A stretch of 64,000 nt of DNA from NCBI GenBank assembly GCA_023657465.1, contig JAGTJX010000004.1:154904-218903 (forward strand). Reading direction: 5' to 3'. This DNA is from Lysobacteraceae bacterium. Its GTDB lineage: Bacteria > Bdellovibrionota > UBA1018 > JAGTJX01. A model generated the notes under the pieces. That model did no database searches. It was not told the origin of the DNA and saw only the letters and a program-made list of their open reading frames with translations. A program made the position numbers and the translations under genes. This document shows, piece by piece, positions 59,055 through 64,000 of this stretch; position 1 is the stretch's first letter, and each line of letters begins with the position of its first letter.

Positions 59055-60250
59055 ACACTCACCCCAGCAGCCCAACCTGAAGCCCAAGCCCATTGAAAGT
59101 TGTATCCACCTAGCCAGCCTGTGACATCGAGCACTTCACCAATGAAGTATAGTCCTGGTGACTTAGTGCTCTCCATCGTCTTCGATGAAACATCACGAGT
59201 ATCGACGCCACCCTTAGTGACTTCGGCTTTCACATATCCCATGGTAGTTTTAGGTTTTAATTGCCAGTGAGTGAGTGAATCACAGAACTTCTCTAAAACC
59301 TTTTCAGAGATCTCAGGTAGCGTCTTGCCACTGAGTCCATCTCTCTCGCAAAGCTGTTCTGCCAAGCGTGATGGAATGATCTGTCCTAATACATTCTTAA
59401 TGAGCGACTTATTCCCAGCTTTCTTCTCAGAGAGACACCACTCAAGTGGATCTAATTCAGGAGAGAGGTTGATCTCGATCTCCTCTCCATGAGTCCAATG
59501 GAGTGAGCCTTGGAGTGCTGCAGGCCCACTGAGACCAGAATGTGTGAATAAAATGTTCTCACGGAACGAGAGATCTCCAGCAGTGAGGATACAATCAACA
59601 GAGACTCCCGCAAGCTTCGTGAAGAAGGATGATTCTGCACCAAACGTGAATCCATCGAGCGCAGGCTTCGTCTCAACAATCTTATGCCCAAACTGACGAG
59701 CTATATCGTACCCAAGTCCAGTGGCACCTAACTTAGGAAGCGATAGCCCACCTGTAGCAATCACGAGTGAGTGGGTGAGATAGATGCCTTGAGAGGTTTC
59801 CACTCTGTAGCGATTTACAGAGTCGTCCTTCAAGTGCTCTACTTTCAGAATTTTATTCTCGAGATGAAACTCTGCTCCTGCTTTCTCGGTTTCGTTTTTC
59901 AGCATTGCAATGATCTCGCGTGCAGAGACGTCGCAGAAGAGTTGACCCAATTTTTTCTCATGGAACTTGATTCGGTGCTTGGTCACCATCGCGATGAAGT
60001 CATCAGGGGTGTAGCGAGAAAGTGCAGACTTACAAAAGTGTTCATTCTTCGAAACGTAGTTGGCGGGAGATGCGCCGATATTAGTGAAGTTACAACGACC
60101 GCCACCTGAGATGAGGATCTTGCCACCGACTTGATCCTTATGATCGATGAGGATGACTGACTTGCCGCGAGCGCCAGCATGAATCGCGCACATCATTCCA
60201 GCGCCACCTGCGCCTAGAATTAAAACATCAGAACGAAAGTCATGCCCCAT
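59051..60250 (-). CDS. HI0933/YhiN family flavoprotein
   Basis: [45 protein letters not shown]. Confidence 0.93.
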   Translation of the reverse strand: MGHDFRSDVLILGAGGAGMMCAIHAGARGKSVILIDHKDQVGGKILISGGGRCNFTNIGASPANYVSKNEHFCKSALSRYTPDDFIAMVTKHRIKFHEKKLGQLFCDVSAREIIAMLKNETEKAGAEFHLENKILKVEHLKDDSVNRYRVETSQGIYLTHSLVIATGGLSLPKLGATGLGYDIARQFGHKIVETKPALDGFTFGAESSFFTKLAGVSVDCILTAGDLSFRENILFTHSGLSGPAALQGSLHWTHGEEIEINLSPELDPLEWCLSEKKAGNKSLIKNVLGQIIPSRLAEQLCERDGLSGKTLPEISEKVLEKFCDSLTHWQLKPKTTMGYVKAEVTKGGVDTRDVSSKTMESTKSPGLYFIGEVLDVTGWLGGYNFQWAWASGWAAGVSV

Positions 60251-60749
60251 GACATTTTTTGAATTTTTTGCCGCTATCGCAGTGACAAGGATCGTTTCTT
60301 CCGATTTTAGGTTCTTCGCGCACGATAGGTTTCTGTGACTCGTGATGATGATGACCTTGGCCTTCTTCGTGCACGTGCGAATCACCGTCGACGAAGTACC
60401 ATTTGCCGCTTGCCGCATCTTTTCTGAACTCTGCGACTTCGTGATGTTCAATCGTCTTACCTTGAGCCTTATACGTGGCATTGAATTCAACCGTGTTGCC
60501 CTTAGTTTTTAAGATCTTAAGCCCCAACCACTCAGAGTTCTTCGCCCATTCACGTACGTCCTTCTCTACGAACTCTCCACGCTTCTCTGGAGCTGTGGAC
60601 TCTTTCAGAAACGGTACGTTCACTACGACGTGAGCAGAGTATCTGGCTCGCATGAGTGCTTCTGCGCTAGGAGCTAGTTCTTTCTGAGTTACATAAGGTT
60701 CGCAGCATTCAGAGTAAGGTTTTGTGTTTCCGCAATAACAGTTGTTCAA
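60240..60749 (-). CDS. ychJ: YchJ family protein with SEC-C motif
   Basis: [45 protein letters not shown]. Confidence 0.9.
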   Translation of the reverse strand: MNNCYCGNTKPYSECCEPYVTQKELAPSAEALMRARYSAHVVVNVPFLKESTAPEKRGEFVEKDVREWAKNSEWLGLKILKTKGNTVEFNATYKAQGKTIEHHEVAEFRKDAASGKWYFVDGDSHVHEEGQGHHHHESQKPIVREEPKIGRNDPCHCDSGKKFKKCHGA

Positions 60750-61769
60750 TTAGACCGCCAATTCAGCTGAGATCTCTAAGTATTGTTTGGTAATTGTTTT
60801 TTTCTTTGAGATCACTTTTGTAAAAGGAACAAAAACAATTTGGTTATTCTCTAGTCCAACTATGACGTTTTTTAAACCATGAATCGCAGCGTGTACTGAG
60901 TAAGCGCCGAGAGTAGAAGCTAAGAACCGATCATGAGCTGAAGGAGCTCCGCCACGTTGGATGTGTCCTAGGATCGCTACTTTTGCTGAGTAGCCTTTCT
61001 TCTCGAACTGCTTCGCAATCTCTGTTGCGTTTCCACCACGGTAGCCTTCAGCGACGACGATGATGCTGGAGAGCTTACCTCGTTTAATTCCGCGGTCGAT
61101 AGACTTGCAGATAGAGCCAAATGGAACTTTGTACTCTGGAATGAGGATCGTCTCAGCTCCACCGCAGATGCCTACTTGGAGTGCTATGAATCCGGCATGT
61201 TTCCCCATGACTTCAACGATGAAGAGTCTATCGTGAGAACTCGCGGTGTCTCTGATACGATCAATGGCTTCAAGCGCAGTGTTCACTGAAGTGTCAAACC
61301 CAATGGTGTCGTCTGAACCGAAGATGTCATTGTCGATGGTTCCAGGAAGACCAATGCAGTTGATGCCGAACTCCTTTGAGAGGAGGTGCGCTCCTGCAAA
61401 CGAACCATCTCCACCGATGACTACAAGAGTATCGATCTTGTGTGCTTTCAAAACTTTTGCGGCTTGCGCGCGACCCGTGCGGTGGAAGAACTCAGGACAG
61501 CGTGAAGTCTTAAGAACAGTTCCACCTCGTTGAATGATATTTGCAACAGACGATGCATTCATAGGAGCGAGTTTGCCTTCGAGAAGTCCTGCGTAACCGC
61601 GTGAGATGCCGAATACTTCGAGATTATTTGCGACAGCGGTTCTCACGACTGCGCGGATAGCAGCGTTCATACCTGGAGCGTCTCCTCCACTACAGAGAAC
61701 AGCGATACGTGCGATGGGTTTCTTGCTTCGAGACTTCAGGTTTTGGCTTGGGAGTCTAAACATGGACAT
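60750..61769 (-). CDS. pfkA: ATP-dependent 6-phosphofructokinase
   Basis: SGGDAPGMNAAIR, IGGDGS, GTIDND, EVMG, LGHIQRGG. Confidence 0.97.
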   Translation of the reverse strand: MSMFRLPSQNLKSRSKKPIARIAVLCSGGDAPGMNAAIRAVVRTAVANNLEVFGISRGYAGLLEGKLAPMNASSVANIIQRGGTVLKTSRCPEFFHRTGRAQAAKVLKAHKIDTLVVIGGDGSFAGAHLLSKEFGINCIGLPGTIDNDIFGSDDTIGFDTSVNTALEAIDRIRDTASSHDRLFIVEVMGKHAGFIALQVGICGGAETILIPEYKVPFGSICKSIDRGIKRGKLSSIIVVAEGYRGGNATEIAKQFEKKGYSAKVAILGHIQRGGAPSAHDRFLASTLGAYSVHAAIHGLKNVIVGLENNQIVFVPFTKVISKKKTITKQYLEISAELAV

Positions 61770-61804
61770 AGGTTGTCACATGTTACAGTCCCATCCGTTT
61801 TTCT

Positions 61805-62296
61805 TCAAATGTTATGGTAGGGGTGACCGCTTAAAATACTCATAGCTCGGTAGAGTTGTTCACTGAGGATTACACGAGCTAATTCATGAGAGGTGGTCTG
61901 TGGTCCTAAGTTCACACACCAATCTGCTTTTGTACGCAGTTCGTCTAAAAACCCTAAGCTACCACCAATGCAGAAAACAAGTTCTGGCACAGATGAATCT
62001 TGGTAGCTTTCGATTTTTTTAGCCCATCCTTCAGAGGGTAGAGATTTTCCACGTTCATCTAGAAGTACAATCTTCGCTCTGGGGGAGCAGACCTTTGCAA
62101 TTTTTTCTTCTAGTCTTTTGGCTTCGTCGGTTTTGATTTTGAGAGATGCGGCTTGAGACTTTTCAGTGACTTCGGTGGGTTTTAATTCAACCTCTTGAAA
62201 CTCGCAGTAGTGGGAAAGTTTCTTGTTATAAACATCACAAGCTTCTCTGAGCCCCGGTGTTTTTAATTTCCCAAAAACAATGAGAGTGATCTTCAA
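61805..62296 (-). CDS. rlmH: 23S rRNA pseudouridine-1915 N3-methyltransferase
   Basis: LDERGK, FCIGGSLG, HELARVIL.EQLYRA, HPYH. Confidence 0.95.
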   Translation of the reverse strand: MKITLIVFGKLKTPGLREACDVYNKKLSHYCEFQEVELKPTEVTEKSQAASLKIKTDEAKRLEEKIAKVCSPRAKIVLLDERGKSLPSEGWAKKIESYQDSSVPELVFCIGGSLGFLDELRTKADWCVNLGPQTTSHELARVILSEQLYRAMSILSGHPYHNI

Positions 62297-62307
62297 AGCG
62301 GGAGTCT

Positions 62308-62745
62308 TTAGTTAATTTCGGAACCCGATGGACCGTAGAATTCTGGTGGCACAACCACTCTACGAGCAGATTCCCAGAGGTTATCAATGCCGTAGTAATC
62401 GCGGATCGCACTTAAGAAAATATGCACAACGATATCGCCGTAATCCATGAGTACCCAGCGACCCTCTGAGCTGCCTTCGATAGTGAGGGCTTTCATTCCT
62501 TGTTCCTTCATCATTTTGTCGATGTTGGTGCAAAGAGCTTGAACTTGTTTTTCGTTTGATCCGCTACAGATCACGAAGAAGTCGGAGAATGCGTTCATGT
62601 CCGTTAAGTCTAAAATTTTGAGGCGTTCACATTTCTTGTCGATCGATGCTTTGGCGCATGCGAGTGCCTTGAGTAATGATCGCTCATGCTCAGGTGGGTA
62701 AGTGAATGGTTTGCCTTCTTTAGTTGTAATTGTCGTCATACTCAT
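62308..62745 (-). CDS. rsfS: Ribosome silencing factor
   Basis: DFFVICSG.N.KQV, WVLMDYGDIVVHIF, R.YY...LW. Confidence 0.95.
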   Translation of the reverse strand: MSMTTITTKEGKPFTYPPEHERSLLKALACAKASIDKKCERLKILDLTDMNAFSDFFVICSGSNEKQVQALCTNIDKMMKEQGMKALTIEGSSEGRWVLMDYGDIVVHIFLSAIRDYYGIDNLWESARRVVVPPEFYGPSGSEIN

Positions 62746-62749
62746 GAGA

Positions 62750-63352
62750 TCAGATCTTGGTACCATAGAGGTGGTGCTTCATCAAGCAGTCTTTAACACG
62801 CTGCGAAGTCATTTTTTCGTTAATTTTCCCTGTTTTTTCAATGTCTTGGCGAACCTGACTCGACGAAATCTCGGGGGATTCTGTTTTATAGAAGATGAGC
62901 TCTGTACCTAATCTCAAGCCATAGTGGTTCTGGCCACTAAAGGGATGTCCCTCTCGTTCAAACACCACCCAATGACAGAGCTTCAAAACCGCTGGGAAGT
63001 GATCCCATGAATCAATCTGATTCCACTGATCGCTACCCACGCACATCGTTAGAGGCGATCCGGCAGATCGAAGCTCTTGGAGGGTTTCCCAAGTGGTGGT
63101 TCTCATCTGTGTTGAGGCAGCTCGCTTCACTTCAATATCTCTTACAGAGATTCTAGGATCTAATCCCTCAAACGCTGCACGAGCGAGTTCCAGGCGCACA
63201 GAACCTGCAGTTGAAGTTGTTTTATTGAGATAGGGCTGACCTGTAGGGATGATCCAGAGTTCCTTGAAGTTGAATCTCTCGAGTAGTTCCTTAGCTAAAA
63301 ATTCATGACCTAAGTGTGGAGGATCAAATGTTCCACCGAGAATGGCGATCAC
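62750..63352 (-). CDS. nadD: Nicotinate-nucleotide adenylyltransferase
   Basis: GGTFDPPHLGH, GSD..W, ISSSQVR; canonical obg-nadD-rsfS-rlmH context. Confidence 0.93.
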   Translation of the reverse strand: MIAILGGTFDPPHLGHEFLAKELLERFNFKELWIIPTGQPYLNKTTSTAGSVRLELARAAFEGLDPRISVRDIEVKRAASTQMRTTTWETLQELRSAGSPLTMCVGSDQWNQIDSWDHFPAVLKLCHWVVFEREGHPFSGQNHYGLRLGTELIFYKTESPEISSSQVRQDIEKTGKINEKMTSQRVKDCLMKHHLYGTKI

Positions 63353-63355
63353 GAC

Positions 63356-64000
63356 TTAGCCCCCTCGTTTTTTTGTTTTTCTATTCTTAGCGCTTTCGCG
63401 TTTGATGAGTTGATCGGGCATGAGGGTGACTTTCTTGTCACGACCGGATTGCTGTTTTACAAACTGAACTTCACGGTAAATGAGTGTCTTCAGTGTTTCG
63501 ATCCCAACACCATCGAGACCAGAAACGAGGAACGGCTCTTCTTTTAAGATTCCACCTTCACGCACTTTCATGAGTTTCTTGCGGAATAACGATGCAGCGT
63601 CTTCGACCATTTTGGCATCTTCACGGAACAGATCGGTCTTATTGATCACGATCACTTCTGGCTTGTTTAAAAGGTTTTTCTCGAAGAGTTCGAGCTCTTT
63701 ACGGATGGAAGTGTAGTTGTACATCATTCCGTCTACCGCTTCTTCGCAGGTGTCATAAGAGAGAATGTGAGTGGCATCTAAGACATGCATAAAGAGCGAG
63801 CAGCGTTCGACGTGTTTTAAGAATTTAGTGCCTAGGCCTTCACCCCTGTGTGCCCCTTCTATGAGTCCCGGAATATCAGCTACGACATAACTCTGATAAT
63901 CCGCGACGGATACAACGCCCAAGTTAGGAACGAGAGTGGTGAAAGGATAATCAGCGACTTTAGGTCTAGCAGCACTCATTTTTGAAATGAGAGTGGACTT
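63356..64000 (-). CDS. obgE: GTPase ObgE (5' end beyond the window)
   Basis: [42 protein letters not shown]. Confidence 0.96.
   Translation of the reverse strand, partial: KSTLISKMSAARPKVADYPFTTLVPNLGVVSVADYQSYVVADIPGLIEGAHRGEGLGTKFLKHVERCSLFMHVLDATHILSYDTCEEAVDGMMYNYTSIRKELELFEKNLLNKPEVIVINKTDLFREDAKMVEDAASLFRKKLMKVREGGILKEEPFLVSGLDGVGIETLKTLIYREVQFVKQQSGRDKKVTLMPDQLIKRESAKNRKTKKRGG

Noticed and set aside
11..63716. Many 60-200 aa ORFs antisense to or nested in conserved genes (e.g. 1600-2064, 12697-13296, 37975-38355)
   Set aside because: Shadow frames with no recognisable motifs or initiation signals

Overview
Bacterial chromosomal window of moderate GC content and standard genetic code. 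Gene content (many small exported hypothetical proteins, VKOR-DsbA fusion, Rsm22-like methyltransferase, clostripain) suggests a Bdellovibrionota/Oligoflexia-like organism; this is inference. Most of it is housekeeping: kimA-like permease, recA, pgpA, tatD, dksA, glmU-glmS, uvrD, dus, valS, thiN, gpsA, hpt, tatA, murJ, mltD, lysC, uup, pfkA and obgE-nadD-rsfS-rlmH. Two AT-richer accessory islands (about 16.5-20.6 kb and 55.3-59.05 kb) carry toxin-antitoxin-like pairs, exported proteins and genes broken by single stops. The most striking unexplained structure is a degenerate repeat, about 185 nt as a composite, seen as six same-strand fragments (three per island), always between accessory genes, with a near-invariant TACC(G/T)GATTAAATGGA...CATAG(A/G)AAT core at fixed spacing. 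Other highlights: a stand-alone RAYT-like HUH nuclease behind a sigma54 consensus promoter; two leaderless promoters with perfect 16- and 20-bp inverted repeats covering the -10 region and the ATG; a G10 tract inside a promoter spacer; a 44-aa hydrophobic ORF with a sequestered SD; a NadD paralog with a lipoprotein signal; and an intact but catalytically dead biotin-carboxylase/biotin-carrier homolog. No rRNA, tRNA, CRISPR array, integrase or reverse transcriptase was seen.
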